Of a stretch of DNA of 64,000 nucleotides, positions 29,194 to 40,453 are shown one piece after another. This DNA comes from Promethearchaeota archaeon (lineage in GTDB: Archaea; Asgardarchaeota; Lokiarchaeia; Sigyniarchaeales; SOKP01): NCBI GenBank assembly GCA_048940925.1, contig JBHLOC010000001.1, positions 192,001 to 256,000 of the forward strand, written 5' to 3'. A program made the translations under genes and the position numbers. A model generated the notes under the pieces. The model was given only the letters and a program-made list of their open reading frames with translations, did not search any database and had not been told where the DNA came from. Position 1 is the first letter of the stretch, and every line of letters begins with the position of its first letter.

Positions 29194-29631
29194 TTAAATA
29201 TCAAAAACAACATCTATTTCAATTTTATTCTTTTTTTCTTCAATTTTCATCATATTATATGTGATAGCTTTTACTTCTGTCCCAACTTCATGCTTTTCAA
29301 TATTAAAGACTTCACCTTTGGCAATAGCTTCTAACTTATAATTATCATTTTTTTTATTAATTCTTTTTACTTTAACTGAACTAAATACTAATTCTTCTAC
29401 ATCAAAGATATAAAGAAATTCTGAGAGAAAATCAAAGAGTAATGCCTCCATGTCTTCTGATACAATTTCTATAATTTTTTTTTTTTTAGGAAGTATTAAT
29501 TTTAAATTAGGACTTATGGTTGTCATTAAACTATAAACTACTTGCTCAAAAGCTCCTTCTAAAGTTTTTGAATATGCCTTTATGTAAATATCCGCTGTAT
29601 GATCTAAGAATTTAAAGCCTTCTTCTTTCAT
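29194..29631 (-). CDS. Archease
   Basis: DHTADI, EVKAITY, VVFDI; convergent with rtcB. Confidence 0.95.
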   Translation of the reverse strand: MKEEGFKFLDHTADIYIKAYSKTLEGAFEQVVYSLMTTISPNLKLILPKKKKIIEIVSEDMEALLFDFLSEFLYIFDVEELVFSSVKVKRINKKNDNYKLEAIAKGEVFNIEKHEVGTEVKAITYNMMKIEEKKNKIEIDVVFDI

Positions 29632-29748
29632 CTTTTAAAAATATCATAATTAAAATTATTCTATATAGATGTTTATTAATTAATAATAAATTTATCAAAT
29701 TTTATAAATTCGGGGGAGTTTAAAAAAGAAAAATAAGATTAGTAGTTA

Positions 29749-30258
29749 ATGATTTACACCATTTATAGCGACTTTGTGTTTTATCAAGTTATTTCTTTTA
29801 TAAAAAAATATAAAAATGAGCAAATTTATCTATATTCTTATTTTTATGAACTGACTAAACGGAAACCAACTTTGATTATCTGTTTAAAAGATTTTATCTT
29901 TTTTTTTGTGAAACCCAAAGATTATTTCAAGTGTATAGACGTAAAAGATAAGATTAGACGGGAAACTAATTATAGGAGGAAGATTCAAATAATTAGTGAA
30001 GAGAAGGTATTTATTAAATTAATATTCAGATTATTTCCAGATTTGTATATTCATGATATAAAATTAGAATTAGATAAGGATTCAGGACGGAGAGAAATAA
30101 CCTTATATTTTTTAACATATAAAGAGAGAGGCGTAGCAATTGGAAGAGGTGGATCATATATTCGAATTATTAATGAATTGATTGAAAGATATATTATGTT
30201 TGAAAATGATAAAAAACCAATTGAAATTAAATGTAAAGCGATAAAAGCAGAGATTTGA
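29749..30258 (+). CDS. Divergent archaeal NusA-like KH-domain protein
   Basis: RGVAIGRGGSYI (intact second KH); first KH lacks GxxG. Confidence 0.65.
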   Translation: MIYTIYSDFVFYQVISFIKKYKNEQIYLYSYFYELTKRKPTLIICLKDFIFFFVKPKDYFKCIDVKDKIRRETNYRRKIQIISEEKVFIKLIFRLFPDLYIHDIKLELDKDSGRREITLYFLTYKERGVAIGRGGSYIRIINELIERYIMFENDKKPIEIKCKAIKAEI

Positions 30259-30420
30259 AAGAATAAAATATTTCGTTGCTAAAACGAATTTATTATTTTT
30301 TAAAATTTACAAGATTCTAATTTTTTTTAATTTGATTATTTTTAATTTTTGAATTGAAGGAATTATCTTTAAATTAATTTAATATTAATAATTTTTGCTA
30401 AGATAACCTATTTAAATAAC

Positions 30421-31191
30421 TTACCAAGGAACATCTTTTAAATGAATCATATACGCTATAGTATTCGCGATAATACTTACTGCTGGAGTTAAAATTATTA
30501 AAAATGTTATAATAAAAAAATCAGGAAGTAGGAAAAGATATGGAGAAATAAATCCAGGGATTGAAATGAATAATAATGCACCCAAAGCAAAATCAAGCTG
30601 ATCCACAATCCAAAATGGAGCACCACTTTTGATATCAAATCTCCGTTTCAGAAAAGAACCAAATAAATCTCCCACTACTGCTCCATATGAAGAAAAAACT
30701 ATTCTAATAAACAAAACAAGGAAATTAAATGGGAAACTGCCTCCTATGAAATAATATTGAAAAATTTTGATATTGTCATAAAGGATATATTCACCTTGAT
30801 TAGATGCTAAAATAATAAGTTCTTTAATAGGGAGCCAACTAATAATGAAGAGAAAAAATATAAAAAATGATATTGGAATACCAATGTATAACGGACCCTT
30901 TAATCCGTTCCATGTTTTATGATCCCCCAAAATTCTCCTGCCATCTCTAAAATATCTTCCACCATCTATAGGTTTACCCCCACCAGTAATAACCATAGAA
31001 GCATTTGAAATATAAGCTGGAAAAATGGTTAAAAGACTAAATATTAAAAGAGATATCCAATCTGCCCATGAGAAAATAATTGAAATTATAATAAAATTTA
31101 TCAGAATTAAACAAGCAAAAATAATTGTTAAAACTATAGCAATTTTCTTGCTATTTTTTTCAGCTTTCAATACAGTATTACTAATTTTCAA
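30421..31191 (-). CDS. carS: CDP-archaeol synthase
   Basis: PAYISNA, PIDGG..DGRRILGDHKTW, GDLFGSFLKRR, DQLDF, KDVPW. Confidence 0.93.
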   Translation of the reverse strand: MKISNTVLKAEKNSKKIAIVLTIIFACLILINFIIISIIFSWADWISLLIFSLLTIFPAYISNASMVITGGGKPIDGGRYFRDGRRILGDHKTWNGLKGPLYIGIPISFFIFFLFIISWLPIKELIILASNQGEYILYDNIKIFQYYFIGGSFPFNFLVLFIRIVFSSYGAVVGDLFGSFLKRRFDIKSGAPFWIVDQLDFALGALLFISIPGFISPYLFLLPDFFIITFLIILTPAVSIIANTIAYMIHLKDVPW

Positions 31192-31500
31192 TTTAATATA
31201 ATTCCATGTTACCAGTTTTTAAGATTAGAAAATTGAACAATTACCAAAATTTATAATTAAATTAATTCTTTTTTAATTGAAAATTTATTTAATAAGAAAT
31301 TAATAAATATTGCTTCATAAATAATATTCTTTTAAAATACCGACAATAATAATATAAATTATTGAAAAGATTTATCAAAATTAAATATTAAAGCTTTAAC
31401 ATTTTTTTAAGGATTAATAATTAATTTTATAAATCCGGTAGAAATAATACACATATTTCGATATTTCAATGTCAAGACTTTCTATAACAAATTCGTATCG

Positions 31501-32820
31501 TTGGTGTTATATTCGTTGAAAAATCATAATAACGACAATCAATTTAACATAGATAAATTTTATAAGAATTACCTCAAAGGACCACGAATATTTAGTAACC
31601 GGGACGCATTGGAATCATCTTATATTCCTGATACGTTACCTCATCGGGATGTTCAAATAAAGAATATTGCTGAAAAAACAGCCTGCGCTTTATTAGGAGA
31701 TACGCCACCATCATTTCTATGCTATGGACAGACAGGAACTGGGAAGACTGCAACCATACGATATGTAAGCCAAAAGCTAGCATATCAAAATGCAACGATT
31801 AAGCCATGGTGGATATATATTAACTGTAACATTGTATCAACTCCTTATCGTATTTTAGCTCATATTTACAATACTATCTCAAGATGTGAGAAGATTCCTC
31901 CTACAGGGCTTCCTAAAGATATAATATTCAAAAAATTATTAGGATTATTAGACTCCATTATTGGAAAATCAATTTGCTTTTTAGTTTTGGATGAAATTGA
32001 TATTTTAGTAAATAGGAAAGGTGGAAATGAAATTCTATATAACTTATTAAGGTTAAATGAGAATTTAGATAATTGCAAAACAAGTCTAATTGGTATTTCT
32101 AATAAGTTAAAATTTCGCGAATATCTCGATCCAAGAATACTCTCGAGTTTAGGAGAAGAACATATAGTCTTTCCATCTTATGATGCTAGTGAGTTACGAG
32201 ATATTTTAAAAGAAAGGTCGAAAATTGCATTTCTTGATGGTGTTTTAAAGGAGGATATTATACCATTATGTGCGGCTTTAGCAGCAAAAGAACATGGAGA
32301 TGCTAGAAAAGCACTTCAATTACTTAGAAAGGCGGGTGAAATTGCTGAAAGAGACCAAAATAAATTTGTTACTTCAAAACATCTTGAAAAAGCCCAAGAA
32401 GACTTAGAAAGCGATCATATTAAGGAATATATTAAAGGTATGCCACTTCAAGCGCAATTGGTTTTAACATCAATTTATCTAATATCTAAATTCAGCCCTG
32501 ATCATATTATTATATCAGGAGATATATATGATGTCCATTCTGAAATTAGAACTTTAATTCCAGGAGTCAGAGAATTAACGAAGAGAAGAATAAGTGATTA
32601 CATTAATGAGTTAGCATTAGCAGGAATAATATCAGCATATATCAAATCCATGGGACATTATGGAAGGACTAAAATAATTAAATTAGATATCACAAATGAA
32701 TTTTTGGATAAAATTTTGCGGGGAATTGAAAAAATTCAACTAATTTTAAACCATAAACCAATTTTACTGCAAAAAGATAAAGTTAAACTCAAAAATAATA
32801 TCTTTAAGAAATTAATTTAG
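31501..32820 (+). CDS. cdc6: Cdc6/Orc1 replication initiator
   Basis: LPHRD, GQTGTGKT, VLDEID, LDPRILSSL, HGDARKAL, GHYGRT. Confidence 0.95.
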   Translation: MVLYSLKNHNNDNQFNIDKFYKNYLKGPRIFSNRDALESSYIPDTLPHRDVQIKNIAEKTACALLGDTPPSFLCYGQTGTGKTATIRYVSQKLAYQNATIKPWWIYINCNIVSTPYRILAHIYNTISRCEKIPPTGLPKDIIFKKLLGLLDSIIGKSICFLVLDEIDILVNRKGGNEILYNLLRLNENLDNCKTSLIGISNKLKFREYLDPRILSSLGEEHIVFPSYDASELRDILKERSKIAFLDGVLKEDIIPLCAALAAKEHGDARKALQLLRKAGEIAERDQNKFVTSKHLEKAQEDLESDHIKEYIKGMPLQAQLVLTSIYLISKFSPDHIIISGDIYDVHSEIRTLIPGVRELTKRRISDYINELALAGIISAYIKSMGHYGRTKIIKLDITNEFLDKILRGIEKIQLILNHKPILLQKDKVKLKNNIFKKLI

Positions 32821-33500
32821 ATCATAAAATCCCAATCATCAATATTTTCTACAAGATCATTAAGGAAAAAAAGCGCAATATCTTCATTTTTATCTTTTAA
32901 TAATAAGAATAATTTAATTAAATGCTTACAAAATTTTTTGTCAGTGGCTCTTCTTGAGGCAAAATCATGACAGTTATGACGTATAAATTTATTATTCATA
33001 TCAATTTCAATTATATATGATTCTTCTTTTGTTCCTGCAACTTTTGATTTAATAATACCTTTTTTGGTATCTATTTCATTTAACTTATAAGAAGAATTTG
33101 AAATTGCTGCTGCTCTATTGAGTGTCCCTGCATCAATAAAGCGTTTAATTAGATTATTAAAATTTGTAGAAAGTCCAGTTTTAATTTCATTTTGTAGATG
33201 AATAATACTTTTATAATCATTAAATTTGTTAATAATATCATTTTTTCTTTTTTTTTGCCAATTTTTTAAACGATTTTCTAATAATAATGATAATTTGAGA
33301 TTGTTTTCATTATCAATAATTAAAAGTTGGTTCTTAATACATGATTTTATCAAAGATCTGGCTTTTTTAGGAGGGAATAAAAATAATTCATATGAAATTG
33401 TAAATAACAGATCATATAATGATATAGATGGCAAATCAATTATTTTCCAAAGGTACACTAGCATTTCAGAGTTATTATTGCGAGGAATTTTTATATTCAT
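32817..33500 (-). CDS. SWIM-type zinc finger protein
   Basis: SYIIEID..HNCHDF..FCKHL. Confidence 0.75.
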   Translation of the reverse strand: MNIKIPRNNNSEMLVYLWKIIDLPSISLYDLLFTISYELFLFPPKKARSLIKSCIKNQLLIIDNENNLKLSLLLENRLKNWQKKRKNDIINKFNDYKSIIHLQNEIKTGLSTNFNNLIKRFIDAGTLNRAAAISNSSYKLNEIDTKKGIIKSKVAGTKEESYIIEIDMNNKFIRHNCHDFASRRATDKKFCKHLIKLFLLLKDKNEDIALFFLNDLVENIDDWDFMI

Positions 33501-33539
33501 AAGCTACTTTTAATATAGGTTTTGTTTTATAATTAATAT

Positions 33540-35336
33540 TTAAATACTAATTTTTAAGTCTAATTGAGTTCCTTTTAATGTATCTAGTTCAATTATTGAT
33601 AAAATTCCTGGAGTTGGATGTATACCTAAAGAATTCATGAATTCCGTTTGGCTTTGGAAACATCCTGAATTGACTAAGGCAATATTATTATAAAATCCAA
33701 TACCATTGATATGAATATGTCCAGTATGAAATATGTCAGGGATTTTATCAATAACAAGCCAATCCTTTTTAGTTGGAGCTATTTGTGTTTTTCCTCCATA
33801 TACTGGAGCTAAATGCCGACATTTTAATAACTCTTTCATTGTATCTATTGGTTTATTATTATCTAATCCAGGTATTAATTGATTCAAATCAAGTATACTA
33901 TCACCATGATAAACTATTGTATTAACATTATGAGTTTGTACAACTGAAGGATTACCGATACAAATTACATCAATATTTAAAAGAGATTCAGAATATTTTT
34001 TTGGTACTGCTGGTCTTGGTAAAGCATTACGAACAGGTTCATGATTCCCAGGACTGTATATTATTTTTATATGATCTGGAATTTCAGAAAGAATTTCTTT
34101 TGCCTTTTCGAATTGATCATAAATATCAGATATTACTAGATCACTTATTTGGTTAGGATAAACTCCTATACCATCAACTAAATCTCCATTTATTATTATA
34201 TATTTAATTCTACCTGATTTTTCCCTTTGATACTTGTTCCCTATTTTTCCTTTTAAGAAAGAAATAAACCTATTCCATAGTTTTTCTTCAAATTCTTTAC
34301 TACCAATATGAGTATCAGAAACTAGGACGATTGATAAGGGATCGGGTGATGTATTTGGTGTGTAATCTTTTGGGATATCAATTTTTGATATATAATTACA
34401 ATAGATTATCCCTTTTTTACCTTTTTCCCCTGGATTATAGGTCCCCTCTATATAAACTACCTGATCGTTAAGTGTTCGTTCAGCAATTTTAATATTTTCT
34501 TGATTTTCTGAATCTTTTCTAATTATAACGTTCACTAAACCTGTGAGATCTTCTAATACGAGTATAAAATTATTGTTTTTAGTTTTTCTAATTTCATTTA
34601 CGATACCTATTAATGACACCGTAACTTTGCTTGATAATCGTAATATATTATTTATATTATCAGCAGAACGAGCTTCAGTCTTCCTTCTCATTAATTTTTT
34701 TAATCTATTAAATTTATCCAATGTTAAATCATAAAAATCCTCATATTCTCCATTCGTATGTATTTTTCTAGTTGGATCTTTTAAGATTTTAATTTGAGCA
34801 CTATACTCTTTTGCGATTGGTTTAAAATTAAATGATGATTTTGCACTTTCTATTAATTTTACTCTTTCCTTATTTTTCGAGTTTTTCTCAAAATATTTAT
34901 TTTCATGATCCTCAAATAAAGAAGTTTTTCTTGTAAATTCAAAATTTCTTTCTTGAGTTTTTTTATCCTTTTCTAAAGAAGTTGTAGTTTTTTTCTTAAT
35001 ATCGTTTAAACTAACTGATTGATTTTGGTTGACTATATTTTTTATATTTGATTCATCTTCAATTAAATAGCCCTCTTTTTTGAATAATATTCGCTCTAAT
35101 GATTTTTTAATCTCGTTATTTGGGATCTTCTTCAAAAAATTCTCTGTTAGATGGCTTTTAAAGCTTGGAATAAAACTGGTCTCTTTAATGATTTGATTTA
35201 TTATATCCATAGGATTATCTAACATTAAAATATAATCTAATAGTTGTGGAGTTATATTTATTCCTGAATTAATTAACTTTCTTAAGATATTTTTCTTGTT
35301 TTCAAAATTATCTATATTCAATGTCTTATTTTCCAA
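33540..35336 (-). CDS. DNA polymerase D small (exonuclease) subunit DP1
   Basis: OB fold; SDTHIGS, GDLVDGIGVYP, PGNHE, YHG, RHLAP, GHIH. Confidence 0.96.
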   Translation of the reverse strand: MENKTLNIDNFENKKNILRKLINSGINITPQLLDYILMLDNPMDIINQIIKETSFIPSFKSHLTENFLKKIPNNEIKKSLERILFKKEGYLIEDESNIKNIVNQNQSVSLNDIKKKTTTSLEKDKKTQERNFEFTRKTSLFEDHENKYFEKNSKNKERVKLIESAKSSFNFKPIAKEYSAQIKILKDPTRKIHTNGEYEDFYDLTLDKFNRLKKLMRRKTEARSADNINNILRLSSKVTVSLIGIVNEIRKTKNNNFILVLEDLTGLVNVIIRKDSENQENIKIAERTLNDQVVYIEGTYNPGEKGKKGIIYCNYISKIDIPKDYTPNTSPDPLSIVLVSDTHIGSKEFEEKLWNRFISFLKGKIGNKYQREKSGRIKYIIINGDLVDGIGVYPNQISDLVISDIYDQFEKAKEILSEIPDHIKIIYSPGNHEPVRNALPRPAVPKKYSESLLNIDVICIGNPSVVQTHNVNTIVYHGDSILDLNQLIPGLDNNKPIDTMKELLKCRHLAPVYGGKTQIAPTKKDWLVIDKIPDIFHTGHIHINGIGFYNNIALVNSGCFQSQTEFMNSLGIHPTPGILSIIELDTLKGTQLDLKISI

Positions 35337-35562
35337 GGTAGAATTACTATAATTATTGTAGGTTAAAATTAAATTATTTATTATTAAAGGAAAAACATCT
35401 TTTTTTTTATATTAAGAGACCGTAATAAATTAGCAATGTCTACAAATTTATAAGGTAAATAGCAGATTAATAATTGAATTTATTTTAAGTTAGGAGATAA
35501 ATATATCAATATTTGGTTTTTCTTCTATATATACTGTAAAAAAAATTGAAATCTGAGAAAAA

Positions 35563-38500
35563 ATGGTAGAAATGAATAAGGAAATGGAAGAATACTTTAC
35601 ATTAATTCAACAAAAAGTTGATCAATGTTATATAATTGCAGAAAAAGCACGCAAGAAAGGACTTGATCCAGAATTATCAATAGAATGTCCTCAAGCAAAA
35701 GATTTAGCTGGAAGGGTTGAGAAGTTAGTTGGACCAGAAGGGGTTGCTAAAGCTATAAGAGGTTTAAAGGAACAAGGATGTAATGAAGATGAGATTGTAT
35801 TTAAAGTCGTCACATATATATTAGATAAGAAAATAGGAAACATTGAATCTTTAGAGGAGAGAGTTGAAAGAGCTATAAGAGTAGGTTTAGCAATAAAAAC
35901 AATGGGTGTTGTGAGTGCACCACTCGAAGGGATCTCTAAAATACTTATACGAAAAGATCAACATAGCAAAGAATATTTATCTCTATATTTTGCAGGTCCA
36001 ATTAGAGCTGCAGGAGGTACAACTGCTGCACTTAGTGTTTTGATAGCAGATTATGTTCGAAGGAAATCAAACATCCCTAGATATGAAGCAACTGAAGCAG
36101 AGATTGGCAGATATGTTGAGGAAGTAAAACTTTATGATAGAGTAGTTCATTTACAATACCCATCTTCAAATCGCGAAATTAGATATGCAGTTAAGAATTT
36201 ACCAGTAGAAATAAATGGTGATTCAACTGAAAATGAAGAAGTGTCAGCGTTTAGAGATTTACCTAGAATTGAGACAAATAAGATAAGAGGGGGCGCTTGT
36301 CTTGTTTTAAATGATGGTATCCTACTTAAAGCTCCAAAGCTTCTAAAAATAGCTCAAAATATGAATTTGGAAGGTTGGGAATGGTTAGGTAAATTAAAGA
36401 AAATTATACAGAGAGAGGAGGGTCAAAAAAATGATGAGAAAAAAGATTTATTTGATGATGGAGAGACAATTGTACCTAATTCTAAGTATGTTGCTGATAT
36501 TATTGCAGGAAGACCTGTGTTTAGCCATCCTTCTGAAATTGGAGGTCATAGGATTCGATATGGTAGATCTCGAAATACAGGTTTAGCTGCTAGCGGTCTT
36601 CATCCAGCTACAATGGGTATATTAGATAGCTTTATTGCTGTAGGAACTCAATTAAGAACAGAGAGACCTGGAAAAAGTACAAGTATATGCCCTGTAAATA
36701 ATTTAGAACCGCCTATTATAAAATTGATTAATGGAGATGTAATAAAAGTTAAAAGTTATAAATATGCTAAAGAAATTTTTCCAGATATTGAAAAAGTTCT
36801 ATTCTTAGGTGATATTCTTTTCGGATTCGGTGAGTTTACTGAAAATAATCATAAACTTATTCCATCTGGTTACGTAGAAGAGTGGTGGGCATTAGAATTA
36901 GAGAAAGCTGTGAATGGAGTTGAAAATATTACTCAGAAATTACGTAAATTAATAGATAATCCTTTTAAAAATAAACCTTCAGCAGAAGAAGCTATTAAAA
37001 TATGCCAAAATTATAAAATTCCTCTTCATCCATCATACACTGATTTTTGGGGGAATTTGTCAATTGAAGAGTTAAAATTTCTAAGAAGCACGTTGTTGAA
37101 GAGTTATAAAGAACATGAAAATAAAATAATATTGCCTAATACAAAGGAAATAAAAAATGTTTTAGAAAAAGCTTTTGTAATTCATAAAGTTAGAGATAAT
37201 AAAATAATTTTCAGTAAAGCTATGAACTATATTTATAAGGTAATTTTTAAACTTGAAAATAATGAATATGAAGAAAACCTGAATGATGATGATGTTTTTA
37301 ATTTCTTTTATAATATTTCTTCCATAAAAATCAAAAATAAGGCTCCCTACTTTATGGGTACACGCATGGGAAGACCAGAAAAATCAGAGAGAAAGAGTAT
37401 GAAGGGTATTCATTCTTTATTTCCCCTGAGTGATAAAGTAGGAAGTTCACGATTGGTCTTAAAAGCAATTGATTTAGAGAAAATAAAAATTGATGTATGT
37501 AGAAAAAAGTGTCAGAATTGTGGAAAAGTAAGTATATTTAATATTTGTCCAAATTGTAAAAATCATACAGAATTAATGAAAGTGTGTGAAAATTGTAAAA
37601 AAATATATGATAAAAATGAAAAGAAATGTATGCTATGTGGTCAACAATTAAAATTTTCTAGTGAAGCAATGTTCAATATAAAACAACACATAAATTCAGT
37701 GCTAAAGGAGATGAAAATTTCGTTACCATCTAAATTAAAAGGAATTTATGGTTTAACAAACAAATTTAAAATACCCGAACCTATTGAAAAAGGTATTCTT
37801 AGAGCAAAGAATGATGTATTAGTTTACAAAACAGCCGAAATTAGGTATGATGCAACTGATATCCCCCTAACTCATTTTAAACCTGAAGAAATAGGGATTT
37901 CAACTACAAATTTGAAAAACCTAGGATATTTCCATGATTTTCAAGGAAATCCTATTACTAACGATAGTCAAATAATTGAGTTAAAAGTCCAAGATATTAT
38001 ACTATCTGATGATTGTGCCCATTATTTTATGAAAATTGCAAATTTTTTAGATGATGAGTTAGACTGTTTTTATAAGATGGAACACTTCTATAATATTTCT
38101 AAGAAAGAAGATTTAGTCGGACAACTTGTTGTAGGATTAGCTCCTCATACTAGTGCTGGTATTATCGGAAGAATAATTGGATTTAGCCCAGTAAGATCAA
38201 TCTATGCCCATCCATTCTGGCATAATGCAAAAAGGAGAAATTGTGATGGTGATGAAGATGGTATTATGCTTCTATTGGATCCTTTATTGAATTTTTCTCG
38301 ATATTACTTACCAAGCAAAATAGGTGGAAGGATGGATGCGACTTTAGTTATTGGAACATTATTAGATCCCAATGAAATTGAAGCAGAAGCTCACAATATT
38401 GATACTTCCTTTCAATATCCCTTAGAATTTTATGAGGCTGCCGAAAAGTATATTTCTCCTTCAAAAATAGAAAATATAATGAATTTAGTAAAAAATAGGT

Positions 38501-39000
38501 TAGGGACACCTGAACAATATGAAAATATCGGTTTTAACATTCCAACTGATAATATAAATGAAGGTCCAAAAATGACATCATATAAAAAATATGAAACAAT
38601 GGATGAAAAAATAGAAGCTCAACTATATCTTGGAAAAATAATAAAAGCAGTAAATGTAAAAAAAGTAGCAGAAAAAATCTTATCAACACATTTTAATCCA
38701 GATATATTAGGAAATTTAAGAAAATTTAGTGTGCAAAAATTTAGGTGTGTGAAATGTAACTCTAAATACAGAAGAGTTCCTATTTCAAATGCAGGGAAAT
38801 GTCCTAAATGTGGAAACAAAGTAATTTTAACTGTTAATAGTGGGGGTATTGAAAAATATATCCCTAGTGCTTTTAAATTATGTAAAGAATTCAATTTAGA
38901 CAACTATACTATTCAAAGAATGGAGCTGATTGAAGAATATGTACAAAGCTTAACGAACAATCCTAAAATAAAACAACATAAATTAGCTGATTTTTTTTAA
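35563..39000 (+). CDS. DNA polymerase D large subunit DP2
   Basis: YFAGPIR, RYGRSRNTG, KRRNCDGDED, zinc modules, C-terminal PIP-like QHKLADFF; no intein evident. Confidence 0.98.
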   Translation: MVEMNKEMEEYFTLIQQKVDQCYIIAEKARKKGLDPELSIECPQAKDLAGRVEKLVGPEGVAKAIRGLKEQGCNEDEIVFKVVTYILDKKIGNIESLEERVERAIRVGLAIKTMGVVSAPLEGISKILIRKDQHSKEYLSLYFAGPIRAAGGTTAALSVLIADYVRRKSNIPRYEATEAEIGRYVEEVKLYDRVVHLQYPSSNREIRYAVKNLPVEINGDSTENEEVSAFRDLPRIETNKIRGGACLVLNDGILLKAPKLLKIAQNMNLEGWEWLGKLKKIIQREEGQKNDEKKDLFDDGETIVPNSKYVADIIAGRPVFSHPSEIGGHRIRYGRSRNTGLAASGLHPATMGILDSFIAVGTQLRTERPGKSTSICPVNNLEPPIIKLINGDVIKVKSYKYAKEIFPDIEKVLFLGDILFGFGEFTENNHKLIPSGYVEEWWALELEKAVNGVENITQKLRKLIDNPFKNKPSAEEAIKICQNYKIPLHPSYTDFWGNLSIEELKFLRSTLLKSYKEHENKIILPNTKEIKNVLEKAFVIHKVRDNKIIFSKAMNYIYKVIFKLENNEYEENLNDDDVFNFFYNISSIKIKNKAPYFMGTRMGRPEKSERKSMKGIHSLFPLSDKVGSSRLVLKAIDLEKIKIDVCRKKCQNCGKVSIFNICPNCKNHTELMKVCENCKKIYDKNEKKCMLCGQQLKFSSEAMFNIKQHINSVLKEMKISLPSKLKGIYGLTNKFKIPEPIEKGILRAKNDVLVYKTAEIRYDATDIPLTHFKPEEIGISTTNLKNLGYFHDFQGNPITNDSQIIELKVQDIILSDDCAHYFMKIANFLDDELDCFYKMEHFYNISKKEDLVGQLVVGLAPHTSAGIIGRIIGFSPVRSIYAHPFWHNAKRRNCDGDEDGIMLLLDPLLNFSRYYLPSKIGGRMDATLVIGTLLDPNEIEAEAHNIDTSFQYPLEFYEAAEKYISPSKIENIMNLVKNRLGTPEQYENIGFNIPTDNINEGPKMTSYKKYETMDEKIEAQLYLGKIIKAVNVKKVAEKILSTHFNPDILGNLRKFSVQKFRCVKCNSKYRRVPISNAGKCPKCGNKVILTVNSGGIEKYIPSAFKLCKEFNLDNYTIQRMELIEEYVQSLTNNPKIKQHKLADFF

Positions 39001-40202
39001 ATTGAAGGAATCTCCGCATCTATGCTTTTCAAGGCATGATAACATATTTCTAGGCACCCATTTAAATTTTCTGGTGAACATTTATCTGGAGTATCTCTTA
39101 AAGAATGAATATATTTAGTATCTTTATCTGAATGAAAATAAACTATTTGTAATTTCTTCTTAAGTTTTTTAGCACACTTTCTAAAGGCTTTATGATCACT
39201 TTTTGGCTCAAAAATTTTATTATATGTAGTAATAGGTATTTTTAATTCATTAGCTGTTGTTTGGAAAATATTGTTTATTCTATTATTTAATTTATTTCTT
39301 CTTACAAGACCAACTTTATTTAGTAGACCGATATAAGTACCAACCATATCTATGTTGATATTTATAGAATTATTGAGATCATATTTTTGATTTAAATCTT
39401 CAAAATAGGCCTCACAGAACTTTTTTGATCCTTTCAAACCCCATTCTTCTGCTCCAGGCCATATAAATAGTAAATCCATGGTATTAAGTGGATCCTTTTT
39501 AAACAATTTAGCTAATTCAATCAAAATTGCTACTCCACTTGCATTATCAATCGAATTAGCTGATGGTTTTTCATTAAACACAAGATATAATATCGGTATT
39601 GAAATAATAATTCCACTTAATGATAATAATGCTATAAGGATAACAATATTTTGTGGTAGAGAATAAAAATCTAGTAAATCAAGAGTAAGCCAAATTGATA
39701 AGATTACTATAATAATACTATAAAATACTATTATTAGTCGGTACGTAAAAAAAATTATAACTTGAATTCTATAAGGAATGTTTGCTGAAATAGAATCATA
39801 ATGTGCTGAAAAGATTACAATTGATCTATCTTTTATGGTTTTTTTCGCCGGAATTTGTGCAAAAATATTTTTTGATGACTCTTTTTTTATTAATGTCATA
39901 TTACGAGTTTTTTCAAACATATATTTTATTACAAAATAAGCTGCTATAACTAAAATTAAACGTGAAAGTAGAAGATAGGTTAGAATAATCAAATAACTAG
40001 TTCTTATTAATATTCTTATAGGTCCCGACCAAGAAAAGTATTCAAATTCAGATAAAATATTACTTTTAGCTAACTCCCTTTCAATGTAATCTGTTGCTTT
40101 TGTTTCTCCTATTGATGATGCTGATCGTTTAAAAGCTAGAGATTTAATATGTTCTATTGTAGAGAATTCATTAGTTAATACTAGATTTGAAATAGAAACC
40201 AC
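38997..40202 (-). CDS. Membrane M28-family metallopeptidase
   Basis: AHYDS, DNASG, GAEEWG, NIDMVG, SDH, IHS. Confidence 0.88.
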   Translation of the reverse strand: MVSISNLVLTNEFSTIEHIKSLAFKRSASSIGETKATDYIERELAKSNILSEFEYFSWSGPIRILIRTSYLIILTYLLLSRLILVIAAYFVIKYMFEKTRNMTLIKKESSKNIFAQIPAKKTIKDRSIVIFSAHYDSISANIPYRIQVIIFFTYRLIIVFYSIIIVILSIWLTLDLLDFYSLPQNIVILIALLSLSGIIISIPILYLVFNEKPSANSIDNASGVAILIELAKLFKKDPLNTMDLLFIWPGAEEWGLKGSKKFCEAYFEDLNQKYDLNNSININIDMVGTYIGLLNKVGLVRRNKLNNRINNIFQTTANELKIPITTYNKIFEPKSDHKAFRKCAKKLKKKLQIVYFHSDKDTKYIHSLRDTPDKCSPENLNGCLEICYHALKSIDAEIPSI

Positions 40203-40303
40203 TCTGATTTTTATTCATTTTAATCTTAACTATTAATTATACTTATTAAATACAGATAATATAATTAATACTTATCTCAATATCTTAATAATTCAATTAT
40301 TAA

Positions 40304-40453
40304 TGCAGGAGGTGGGATATTCCATTGATTTCGTAGAGATTTTAATCAATTTTTGAACCCACGAAGACCTATGTCACTAGAGCCTCAGTTACGCCATATC
40401 ATTATAATATATACAATATTCTAGCGCCGTAGACCAGGCTTGGCAACTCCTGC
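40304..40453 (-). tRNA. tRNA-Leu(GAG) with two non-canonical introns (30/31: 40390-40420; 59/60: 40318-40351)
   Basis: Acceptor GCAGGAG/CTCCTGC, anticodon arm CTAGA-CTGAGGC-TCTAG, long variable arm and T-arm GTGGG-TTCAAAT-CCCAC reconstitute after removing two BHB-flanked AT-rich inserts. Confidence 0.9.
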
